Shown: positions 34,898 to 46,610 of the stretch, piece by piece
How positions within the stretch are numbered: the stretch's first letter is position 1
Layout: each line of letters starts with the position of its first letter
Source of the DNA: Takakia lepidozioides
Lineage: Eukaryota > Plantae > Bryophyta
Direction: 5' to 3'
Assembly (NCBI GenBank): GCA_030704615.1
Contig: CM060732.1
Span: forward strand, 11,594,001-11,658,000
DNA: 64,000 bases
The notes under the pieces: generated by a model
What the model saw: only the letters and a program-made list of their open reading frames with translations
Database searches by the model: none
What the model was told of the DNA's origin: nothing
Program-made: the position numbers and the translations under genes

Positions 34898-37400
34898 GTG
34901 TCACTGGAGGAGGTGCACATTGTGAGTGTCATTACGGAGTTACCCAAGGGTTTTGAGGGGAGTACGGCTACAGGCAGTAACAGTGAGAGTGGGTTCACAA
35001 GACGAGGTATTCGGTTCAGACCACCTTCACCGCCCCCCTCAATTACTGTAGAGTCAGACACAGGCTCGGAGGCTTCATCAACAGGTGTGCACTTTCATTC
35101 GCCATTGTTGTGGGACGACATGGAGGAGATGTATGGAGCTACCAAGGGGCCTCGTAGGTACTCTGGAGCTGTGGGCACAATCGAGTTGGATGACTTTATC
35201 CAGGAGTTCGACAGCTGGTGTGATTTGCAGCAGATGCGCAATCCACATCTATTCACCCCATTCATGGCGTGGAAGGGACTGTTCCAGCATTTGGAAGGCC
35301 CGCCTATGGACGATTACCACGAGTTCAGGCGAGGACATGAAGCAGAGATTGAGGAGTGGAGGATGTATTGGTCACCTGACTACATCTCCATTACTCGAGG
35401 CATGACGCGACCAGTAGCTGCATCAGTACCAATAGCTCCCACTGCCAGCACTAGTAGTGGAGCAGGTAGTGCTGGTACTTCTGCAGGTGGTACCAGTTCA
35501 GAAGGTGCTACTACTCCTCCTGCCACAGCTACAACACATGTGCCTAGATTCAACCCGGTGGTGGAGTTCTTCCAGGAGTTGCGGAGGAACTACCAAGGTG
35601 TACGGACAGAGAAGCTACGAAGTTTGCAAGACTTCCAGCGCAAACCCAGTGAGAGCCTGCGAGAGGCGTACACTCGTATGAGGCGCTTGATAAGTGTGAC
35701 CCAAGGGGTTACTGAAGCTCAGGCAATCCAGTTTTGGTATGGAATTCTGGACAAGGAGCTCAAGAGAAGGGTGCGAGATGCAACCCTGTTACAAGCAGCC
35801 CAACCCACATTAGCAGATGTGTTTCTGCTGGCTGAGCGGATTGAGCTCAACATGGTGGAGGAACGAGTTGTTACAATTGGATTTGGCAAGGACATGCCTG
35901 TACGGGGCACAGCTGTCAGCCCACAAGCACAAGGGACTGCCCAACAGCGTGGACAGGGGGGCAAGGTTGCCCAGCCCAAGTTCCATGGAGCTTACAGGGG
36001 GCCTCAGGTGCAAAGGCCCGTGGCATCTTTTGCAGGCCAACAGCAACCAGGGGTGATATGTTGGACATGTGGAGGACCCCATGTCAAGAGAGATTGCCCA
36101 GAGAGTGGCAGAAGGCCGGCACAAGCACAGCCTGCACAGTTGCAGTGTGGGCATTGTGGCAAATATGGGCATGGAGATGCCCAGTGTTATGACTTACATC
36201 CTGAGTTGCGCCCAGGCCAGTTCCAAGGGAACAATGGTGGCCGGGGGCGAGGTGGACCAGCCCAGAGAGGACGAGGTGGTCGGGCACGAGGTGCAGGCCA
36301 AGGGCAAGCTCAACATGGCCAAGGACGCGGAGGTCAGGGCGTTGATCAAGGCATGGCCAACCGGCTTCAGCAGCTAGAGCAGAGGCTCGCTGCCATGGCT
36401 ATAGCTCAGGCGGTACCGGCTCCCAGGCGGGATGGTCCACCTCCTGCTCCTGAGGGAGGAGATATGGGAGGCATGGGATTTATGTGCGGAGCAGCACTAC
36501 CACTAGAGCAGGTGGAGTCTGCTGCAGCCGTGACTCGAGGAGCAGCACGAGTTCCTGAGCCACGAGGTGCAGAGGTGGAATTGGATCCACAGCGTGGGGA
36601 GGCAAGCCGTCAGGCAAGGCTTCCTCAGTCATTCACATTGGCGGAGACTGTGTCAACGCCATCCATGGCACCTAGTTCTCGCCCGACTGTTACCGAGGCG
36701 GAGGTTACTATGCCATTGGGGAGAGCTACACGTGCAGCATTGACTCCTGCTGCCAAGGCTAGTGCGGCCGGTGTGTTATTGGGGGCAGCCACCTCTGTGT
36801 GTCAGGCCCCACTGTTCTCGGCAACAATGATTGCGACGCCGGGGGTGAGACCAGCTGCAGTGTTCAGACTAGCAGCAACACTCTGTGAGAGTGGGGAGGT
36901 CACTTCATCTTCTGCGGAGTTAGTGGAAGGTGTAGTGGCAGAGGGATCCTCGGATTTGAGGGTCAAGACTGCCACGGTAGCGCCCTGGCAAGCTGCAGCT
37001 ACTAGGTTGACGGAGCTGCCAGCTAGGCCAGCCATTGAGCGCGCCATGGTGACACCTGGAGTTGTCTTGTTAGACAACCAGGGAGGCATTTTCACTTTGA
37101 GTGGACCGGCAGGCAAGAAGTACCGGCCACTGCGGGTCTTGTTGGACTCAGGAGCTCAGCCACTGATGTTGGGCAGAGCTGCTATTGCAGGTTTGGGCCT
37201 CATGGAGGCGGATATGGAGCCTTGTCCTTTCCAGATACAGACATCTCTGGGAGGATCAGAGCAGGCTCGCGGCATGACACGACATCAGTTGGCTATAGAC
37301 TGCAGCCGGATCATCCTGTAGATGGCTCAGTGATGCGAGCCAAGGCCATTGTGACAGACGCGGTCTCTTACGATGTCCTCGTTGGTGGGGGGCAGTGTTA
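34898..37400 (+). CDS. gag: Gag-protease
   Basis: MHR-like QRKPSESLREAY; zinc knuckles CWTCGGPHVKRDC and CGHCGKYGHGDAQC; RGG-rich tract; aspartic protease LLDSGA, with YDVLVG after a frameshift near 37300. Confidence 0.9.
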
Positions 37401-37829
37401 TACCCCATGGGCTTCACCCTGGATTTCTGGGAGGAGTCAGCATCCTACAGGCCTGGATGGCAGTCAGGGGATGGTCGCCGTGCACAGCTCCCTGTGACAT
37501 TCATTGGGGGTATTGCAGCTGCCCAGCGGGCCAGATGCCAACACTAGCCGCCTTCACACTGCCGTTAGTTGGCCTGGAGAGTTGCTGGAAGCAATGTCCA
37601 TGCAGAGGATGTGCCACCTCCAGCAGAGCAGGATGACATGCATGGTACGGCGGAGTTGCCGCCATGGTTGCTCACACCCCGTTGTGGGGTACGAGCAAAG
37701 ATTTGCAGCAAGCTGCTGATGGACGGGTGCAACAAGCTTGGGAAGAAGCTTTTGTACCGTCAGGAGAGGATTGCAGAGTGCGGGATTGCCAGGGCCACCT
37801 CAGTTGTCGCCATTGGACACACACCTTTG

Positions 37830-39093
37830 TGTGGCAGCGGCCGGATGAAGGCATTTGCCTTCTGGACTTGTTTGGCGGGATCAGCACCGGATTGGCTGCT
37901 GTGCTACAGGCAGGTGTGCGGGTAAGGCGTTACCTGTATGTGGAGAGGGATGAGACTGCACGACGCGTCTCACTGCGCCATGTGGCTCAGTTGGTACAGC
38001 AGTACCCTGACTTGTTGCCTGTGTCTGCAGTTCGTGGATACCAACAAGCCTTGCCAGCAGACATTTCTTGTTGGGGGCGCAAGATTTGGAGCAGGTTGGC
38101 TCCATTGATCTGGTAGTGGCAGGTTGGCCCTGCCAAGGGCATTCATCAGCCGGGCATGGCAATGGATTGCGAGACTCGAGGACGGGTCTGTTTTGGGAGA
38201 TGGTGCGATTTTGCGTTGCTTGCAGCTTCATCAAGCTGTATCTCCAGCATACATCTTGGAGAATGTACCACTGATGGTGATTCTCGGGCCAGGGTGATGG
38301 CCAGTGTGCATCAAGTCCGGTCGTGGCTTGGGTCAGCAGTGTTGCTGGATGCAGCTGCAGTGGGGTCACGGCTCATCGTCCACGACTATGGTGGACTAAC
38401 TTGATGCCACCCGCACTGCTCAAGCGTGCATTTGATGGGGTGCAGCGGCCAGCACACCTCACCGTGGATGGCATTTTGGACACAGGAAGGCAGTCTCAAC
38501 GTGTGAGACACGATGACCGTTCGCCTTTGGCAGTGGTCAACAGGTGGGTCAACCACGAGCAGCATTACCTACACTGCTCAGCTTCCCAGGATCCCATGCT
38601 TTTCGGGATGGTGGACCTGGCCTCCTGTGGGATGCTCAGTTGCAGCAGTTAGTGGAGCCTAATGCCGACGAGCGAGAGCGGGCTATGGGGTTTTCCACTG
38701 GGACCACGGCGGTGCCTTCTCTTTCTGAAGCATCACGTCGTCAGGTGTTGGGGCAAGCAATGGATCTCAATTGCTTGACCTGGATTGTCAGCTTGGCTAT
38801 GGCTGAGCAACGTAGAGTGCGGAGTGCACTTCCCTTGACGGTCTCTCTGCCTACCGAGACGGTACAGGCAGCGAGTGGGGGCGAGCCGGTGAGGACCACG
38901 AGTGTAGACATCCATGGCACACGTGGGAGGTGCTCGAGGTTCAGAGGGAGTTGGCAGCGAAGGCAGCTGTGATGGATGAGGTTGGGGATTCTTCTCGGAT
39001 GAGGAGGTTCTCAATGATGAGATGATGGGGCAGGATGAGGCTTTGTCATTGACTGAGCAGGAAGGGGGTACTGCTCAAGAGGTTGCAGCATAG
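37830..39093 (+). pseudogene. DNMT3-like C5 methyltransferase domain of copy 2 (1-nt indels)
   Basis: LLDLFGGISTG, VAGWPCQG, ENV, HRPRLWWTNL, ERERAMGF, RRQVLGQAM; ends at TAG 39091-39093. Confidence 0.92.
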
Positions 39094-42000
39094 CAACCAC
39101 GGGACGCGTCCTCTACCTCTAAGCCACTGGACTTAAGGTTGCAGTTACGGAGGACAATTGGGAGCCTGATATTGGACCCATTGTCACCGGAGGAGAGAGA
39201 CGACGTATACGGCGGTTCCTGAGGGCTTACAGGAATTGCTTTGCCTTCAGTTTGAAGGACTTGGAGCACTGAAGGGTCAAGAGATCCGTATTGAGTTGGC
39301 CACTGACACGCCAATCTTTCGGAGACCCTATAGATACAGTGACATGGAGAGGTCTTTGATTCAGATGAGGACTCAAGATCTCTGGGAGGCAGGTTTGGTG
39401 GAGCTCTCTGGTGGAGAGTATGCTTCAGCCACAGTGATGCCAGCTAAGAAGGATGTCTATGGCAATTGGACGGAGAGACGTATGTGCGGTGATTACCGGC
39501 CTGTAAATCGTCAGACCAAGTCCGATAGGTATGCCATGCCAACACCAGAGGAGATCTTTGATGCCATTGGGCATTCCAAGGTCTTTAGCACGTTGGATTT
39601 ACGATCCGGATATCACCAGTTGCCGATCAAGGAGGCGGATAAGCAAAAGACGGCATTCTGGGGGATCAATGAGCACGGGAAGGATTGCCTATACAGTGGC
39701 GGTTCTTACCATTTGGGCTTAAAAACGCTCCCGCTGAGTTTCAAAGAGTCATGGACAGGATTCTAGCAGGGGTGGAGTTTGCTCGGTGCTACATAGATGA
39801 CATCATCATCTTTAGTGCTGCGGTGGAGGAGCATGAGAGACACCTTCAGGGGTATTTGAGCGCTTGAGGAGCGCACGGATTGAAGTTACATCCGGGCAAG
39901 TGCAAGTTTTCCACAACCAGATTGAGTATCTGGGTCACATGATATATCCTGGAGGATTGGGGGTACAGCAGACTAAGGTAGAGTATTGCACAGTTCCACG
40001 TCCCACGGATGTGAGCCGATTCGAGCTTCATGGGTTAGCAAACTATTACAGACGGTTTGTTAAGGGATTTAGTGCCATTGCAAAGGCTCTAACCAAGCTG
40101 ACCAAGGGGACCAGGAGTGGCAGTGGGAAGATGAGCAAGAACAAGCTTTTCAAGAGCTCAAGGCGAGGTTGACCTCGGCGCCCATCTTGAGACGACCTAT
40201 CAGGGGGCGTCCTTTTCAGCTGCATACAGATTGGAGCATGCTGGGGCTTGGAGCGGTGCTCACACAGGTGGATGATGAGGGAAGAGAGAGAGTTCGTAGT
40301 GGCTATGCTAGCCGCTCGAACAATGCTGCAGAGTCTAAGTATAGCTCATATGAGGGAGAATGCTTAGCTGCAGTGTGGGCCGTGGCACACTTCAGGTGCT
40401 ATCTATACGGCAATCTCTTCACCCTTGTCACGGATCACCAACCACTCAAGTGGTTGATGGAGTCAGACAAGCTTACGGGGAAGCTTGCACGGTGGGCACT
40501 CATCCTTCAAGAGTATGACTTTCAGGTGGTGCATCGACCGGGTTGGTCAATCGAAATGCAGATGGGTTGAGTCGCAATCCATGCACGAGCCAGCAGGATG
40601 ACACTGGAGCTCGGTGGCATGGTGAGACGGACGAGGAGATGGTGCCCGGATGGCATGCATCTGCATTCTGTGTATCTTGGCAGCGGAAGGCAGGTTGGAC
40701 CTACAACAGGGATGACTGTAGATCAAGTGTCTGAGGACCCTGAGGCCAGCAATGAGCAGGTGGCGCCAAAGATATACATGAGGATTCAGTTGTGGTGGAC
40801 TACCTCCGCAGTGGAGACACGGCAGCCACTATGACTGCCAAGGAGAGGGATCGGATCCTACAACGAGCCAAGAGGTTCAGGTGGGAGGGGGACACACCTG
40901 CTCCGAGTGGGGAGGATGGTCGAGTGAGGATTGTGCCTCACCCAACACAGCGGGCACGGTTAGTGCGGCATGGCCATGAGGAGTTGGGGCATTTTGGGGT
41001 GCGACGCACTCATAGTCTACTGCAGGGGCAGTATTGGTGGCGTGGTATGCACACAGAGGTGCAACAATTTGTGGCTAGGTGCATGGTGTGTGACAGGGTG
41101 CGTGCTTCATTCAACGCCCCTACTCCACAATTGCACCCTCTTCCGATCATGGGATTGGGCTACAGGTGGAGTCTTGACTTCGCAGGGCCGTTGCCACTGA
41201 CCATGCGCCACAACAAGTACGTGTTGGTGATGGTGGAGCACTTCTCCAAGTGGATTGAATTGGTTCCATTGCCTGATAAGGCTAGTGAGGGAGCTGCGTA
41301 TGCATTCCTGGATTGTGTGCTTAGCCGATTCGGTGCTCCAGCTGAGGTACTCACGGACCAAGGGAGAGAGTTCTTGGGGGAGTTTCAGGCTTTGTGTGAC
41401 AAGGCCTTGATAGACCACCGCACCACTTCCGGGATCATCCTGAAGATGATGGCTTGGCAGAGAGAGTTGTTCAGACAGTGAAGAGGGGTTTGCGCAAGTA
41501 TGGCTTGCAGAAGGGACACCTAGGAGATTGGGACCTTCAGTACCCCTGTTAGCCAGGGCTACAGGTTTCAGCAAGCAAGCATCACTTGCCTCCTTCTCAC
41601 CATACTTTCTTCTCTTTGGCCGAGAGCCGGATTTGCCTAAATTCCATTCGCAGAGAAGCTGCTACAGTTCTTAACCTTGACGATCGGACGTGTGGGCACG
41701 TGCATGTGAGCAGCGTGCAGAGTTGTTCAAGAGAGTCATGCCCATGGCTTTCGAGAACCTTGCCATTGCAAACACCGTGATACGTTGAGGTATGCTACCA
41801 TACGTGGTGGGGCTATGTCCTTGGGTTCGGAGATTCAACCCTGGTAGGTGACTATGTCTATCTGCAGCAGAAGCTTACGACCTGGATGTGACTGCAGGAC
41901 GGGTTATTTGATAGGGTTCGAGAGGTATTGCCCTCAGGCGTATTGGTCTTGGAGGGGTGGGATGGCATCACTTGAGGACCAGTGCGTAAATGGTTTGCGC

Positions 42001-42204
42001 CATGTCAACTTCCGAATGTCGATGGCAGGATTGAACCAAACTGGCAGGTGTATAGTGCAGGTTTGAGGTGAGGTTGGTGGGTAGTAAAGGGGCGCCACCA
42101 TGATGTGTGTGATGATGGTCTAAGGTTGGCATATGGGGTGCTTGACTCCACCTCTTGAGATGGTTCCAGATGGGGATTGGTTATGTCCACAATGCATTGG
42201 ATAG
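39094..42204 (+). pseudogene. pol: Pol RT-RH-IN-PHD of copy 2, with many small indels
   Basis: Colinear with 2110-5245; YIDD, TDWS, SLDF and TDQG motifs and PHD end VPDGDWLCPQC. Confidence 0.92.
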
Positions 42205-42464
42205 TGGGAGTGGATACAACCATGGGAGACTAACAAGCAACGCAAGGCCCAGCTACTAGGAGACCTTGAACACACGAGGTCCTGGCTCAAGTTCACAGAT
42301 TGCAAGATGGCGACTAACGATGGGGCTACTCTTGTACCCGGCCTCTTGGTCTATAGAGTTTGAGTACAATAGGGACAGTGATAGAGGACTTAGTACGGCT
42401 GTGGCTATTACATCTTGTAGCTATCTGGAGGTAGAGGGACCTATCCACCAGCTAGGGGGGCGAT

Positions 42465-42985
42465 TGTGGCAGACTACTTTATTGTGCATATATGTATGGT
42501 GTGGTTTGGACAGCGATGTAGTTGTGTAGCGATATGTATGCGCACGACAGCTGTCAAGTTAAATAAGCACAGTGTGAAAACAGCTAGAATAAAACTAGTT
42601 ATTTGTATTTAACACTTGGATTTAGGTCAAGTGTTAAATCAGGTGTCAAGTTTAGTTTGACACCTGGTCCGTCTTATCTTCACGAGAGCGGCAGTCGCGC
42701 GGCTCATCTTTCTCGAGTTGAGCCTGCGCGACCGAGCTCCTGCATGTGTTTAGATTTGAGTGTGCGTATGTAGGGGTACAGGTTGTTGTGGGGTGGAGTC
42801 CCCATAGCTTGGGGTGCCCCTGGCTCGACTACTATTTTCTAAGAGTGATGGTTTGGTTTTCATGTTTTGTGTCACAGTGTGTTCGATGGATTTCTATCAT
42901 TGTGGCAGACTACTTTATTGTGCATATATGTATGGTGTGGTTTGGACAGCGATGTAGTTGTGTAGCGATATGTATGCGCACGACA
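42465..42985 (+). repeat. 3' split repeat block of copy 2: A1 (85 bp)-gc-B2 (348 bp)-t-A2 (85 bp)
   Basis: Direct comparison of 42465-42549 with 42901-42985 and of 42552-42899 with 31048-31395. Confidence 0.95.
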
Positions 42986-43992
42986 AACATCAATATGCAT
43001 CATCCAGGGCTGGTGACTCAAGAGACTGGATTCACCGGTTTGTGCCATGAATCTAGCGCCTGGAAAATGATGGATGTGACGCAGGGATCATGTTCTGTAC
43101 AACATATTGACAACATCCCACAAAGGCTTATGTTATGTAATCTCTCGCCAAGAACTTTCGTATTTTTCCCTTTGGAAATATAATTGACCTTGCCGTAAGC
43201 TCGTAAGGTCATGAAAGGGACCCCTTAGGGAAAAAGGCGCTAGTTATCAATGTTGATGCTCCCAACCTTTCCAAACCCCACAAATGCACATTTTGGCGTC
43301 ACCGAGTTATGCTGATTCTCTGCGTTGGCCTTGGGTATGGTTGTTGCTACCCCTAGGCAAGTATTAGGTGTAGAGGAAGGCTAGAGGAGGGCGCTCCTTG
43401 ATTTTCATGCCCAAGGACCACCCTTAGGGAGGATCTTCCTTGTGTAAAGAAATGGGATGATTTCTTTCTCCTTAATCGTTTCTTTTGATAATGAAAAGAA
43501 ATGGGACTAGTGAAGGAAAAGATAGGGCCCACCCCCAAAAGGGGGTAGTAGGCGCAATGCGAAGTTGCTCTTAGTTACGCCGGTTTCGGCTGGAGTCTTC
43601 TTCTCTCTCTGAAGGAAAAGATCTTGGAGGTAAAGATAAGAGAATGCCGGAGGTGCGCATTACACAAAGTGTGATCGACACTGTGCATTATATATTTTTT
43701 GTAATGCCCTCATACTCATGGCTGGCTATTACGCTGCAGGACGAAACAATATTAACAAAGAGAAATCAGCCCCATTTCTTTACGCTTCCATGTCACCTCA
43801 GCCTTATAAAGAAAAAGGTGTAAAATGAAAGAAATGTCCGCTGACAAGACTCAGTGCCACACTTGACAAGGACGTAAGGTCACACTCAGATATTATGTTT
43901 CTTTTCTTTTTTCTTTCTTTTTCAAAGGAAACACCTAGGGAGCGACAACTTACAAATTAGGCCCTTCAATTACAGTGAGAGGAGAAAATAAC

Positions 43993-46130
43993 CAGTATTG
44001 GGCAGTTATGTAATATTTTTTGTAACCACCAGTTCAGGTTCTCTCTTTATGAGTGTCTTCTAAGGTTGAGGTTCTCTCTATTTACTTTTTGAAGATTACC
44101 GGTGCCAATTATTAAGTGTCTTTTCATATCTTCCGGTTATGATACATTTCGGTTATTTGGCTACTTGCATATGCCGGTTAGCCAATCCGGTTAGGACATA
44201 TTATAAATCTTGTAACCGGGATAGAATCGCCGATTATAGAAACGGTTACGGTTAGAACAAACTCAAGGCTTAAGCACTTTGGTGAACTATAGCACTTCTA
44301 TATTTATTCCAACACAATTTATAATGCCTTCATGTGATGCACAAGACCTCTTCCTTATCATTGTACCAAGAATGAGAGAGAGAGTAAACTGGAAATAAAA
44401 CCAAGCAATTTTCCTTTTAGTATTTCCAAGAACCTCTTATTGTCTACTTGTAGGATGAGGTGTATGAGAAAAAGACCAACTATGCGGGCCACTAGTTAGT
44501 CATGGACACGATCAAGTTCATTTCACAACTGACTCACTGCCCTAATAAGACCACCTTGCTACCATCAATATAATATGTAGATCCTAACAATGTAAAATAC
44601 ATATCCAAATCTGCCAATTCGTACTCGAAGTTTTGTGACATAATGTTGGCAAGGTGGTCTGGTTTGTTGGCTATGTCTTCCTTGAACTTCAAAGTGAGAT
44701 TTATGGCAGAATGAAGAACATTAGTAAACAACCAATGACTACATGATTGGTTTTGGCACACACTTCGTTACCACAGGTGAGAGAGCATTCATGACTCATT
44801 GTGCAATAGCCCAGGTTTTTGCAGAAGGTACACGAGCCGATAGGGCAAATGGTTTGTCGGCTGTAGCAGAGGCCGATGGCATTTCGGAAGCGTAGGGCCT
44901 CTTCAAAAAGAATCACCGTTCTCGCAAACATGCAATTTTAAGCGCAAAGTATAAGCTCCCCAATTTGACCTCAAATCATGCATGACAACAACAATGTGAC
45001 CAAGTTCACTACTAGTTACTTTAAGACACTTTGAGCATAATCAAAATAGGTTTGGGAAGACCTTGTTTTCACGGGAGTGTTCACCTTACGAGGCCTCATT
45101 CCATAATCAATGCATGCCTTGTGCCATTTAATGACGGCCCTTCCCTGACTTTTTAGGCCAACTGATGCATTTCTAGATCAGCTTGTGTACTCTTGAAACG
45201 TACCTCATACCTCTGCACACCTTTTCATCATTTGTAGCATATTGGCATGTTTTGGACATGATATGTCCAAAACAAGAACCCTAAAATGGTTCACTCAACC
45301 CGAGACTTTTATAGCTTATGTACAACCGTCCTCAATGCCAATGTCATAGTAGCTAGATTTGCTCATTCATCTTTGAGATAGCAAATGATCTTATTTGTGA
45401 GGGATAACTTCTCAAGAAGTTGCTGTAATTTTATTTCCATAGCTACTCTAGTAGTTTCAGTGGCTTCAAACAACCCAAGAGTGACATATTTGGGTTTCCA
45501 TTCACTAGTTACAAAGTTTACAACAAGGGAAAATACATCATGAGATCCTTTTGACATCCACAGGTGAAAGCTTTCATCATTAGTGAAGACCTTTCTCGAT
45601 GAAAAACAACACGATGACACAACCGTTAGCATAGTCTTTGCAACCATATGCTCTCTACTGTCCTAAGGGGCGTATAAGACTTGATGACAAAAAAGGTCAG
45701 ATCCTCTAAGAAACCTTTCTGAACCTCATGATCTTTCTTGAAACGATCGATGACGCCAAAATTCTGAAATAGCAGTAGGACTGATACCTGCTCTCTTCTT
45801 TGCTTTTTGCCGCAGCTCTAAATGATCTTTGGTTCTACTATTTACTTCTTCCTCCCATTTCGCAGACAAAACAAGTGCTCAACTTCCACATGCTTCTTCA
45901 TAACACTAATTCCATTAGCCTTGTTATATGTAATCAATCCTTTGCGACATCAACGCATTACTTGGGATTGTCCACATCCGCCTCTGCACCATCATTGATG
46001 GCAAAAAATGACCATGTGGGTGAGTTGTGATTGTATGGCTTCCCCCTTGCTTTCTCAACGTTGAAAGATGAACTTTGTGTTCGTCCAATGTATTCTCTGT
46101 TCCCTCAACAAAGGGATGTTGTATCCCCAA
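43993..46130 (-). mobile_element. Degenerate hAT DNA transposon
   Basis: Transposase fragments LWMSKGSHDVFSLVVNF..VTLGLFEA..CYLKDE, CISWPKKSGKGR and TPVKTR; CAGTATTGG end with CCGGTT subterminal repeats at 43993-44260; other end not found. Confidence 0.7.
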
Positions 46131-46539
46131 CTCTCCTTCATCTTTTTCATTTTCTACTTTGATTTGTCTAGCTGCCCATAATTATCACTTGCATTTCCTA
46201 CAGACTCTCCGAGTGGAGCACATGGGAGATTAGACATTTGGGACATAGTTGGTGGGCAGGTCACATCGTACAAATCCATTGCAAGTACATAAAGTACACA
46301 AGAAGACAACCCTAAGCAAAGAGCAAAAAGAACTAAAGACAGTAAATTGTCATAAGGCCCCTAAACATATTGTACCAGTTCCTACAAACAAATTTCAAAT
46401 CTACTTGAAATAGGAGAAGCTCTGACTTTTGAACAAAGTGAAATGAGCCTGAATATGGGCTGCAAAATGAGTTTGATGTTCTACCAACACATTTGAAAGC
46501 GTGAAGGGTTTCGCATGGGACACTCGTATGGGACACCAC

Positions 46540-46610
46540 ACTCCTCCCAGGATTTGACCCGGAATCATTTAGGTGGCATTGAGTGTACTATCCAACTGAG
46601 CTTTCGTAAT
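46540..46610 (-). other. tRNA-derived relic (SINE head or tRNA pseudogene)
   Basis: Minus strand has A-box AGCTCAGTTGG and B-box-like GGGTCAAATCC at tRNA spacing; no convincing cloverleaf. Confidence 0.4.

Larger units (their letters stand above)
31048..42985 (+). mobile_element. Complete Ty3/Gypsy-type retrotransposon copy 2 with DNMT3-like domain, PHD finger and split direct repeats
   Basis: Termini TGTC...GACA flanked by AACA on both sides (31044-31047 and 42986-42989); B1 31048-31395 = B2 42552-42899; A1 42465-42549 = A2 42901-42985; gag-PR-DNMT-RT-RH-IN-PHD inside. Confidence 0.95.

Noticed and set aside
31048-42985. DIRS/Ngaro tyrosine-recombinase retroelement, suggested by the split repeats
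   Set aside because: It encodes an HHCC-DDE integrase, has a TSD and shows no recognisable tyrosine recombinase ORF
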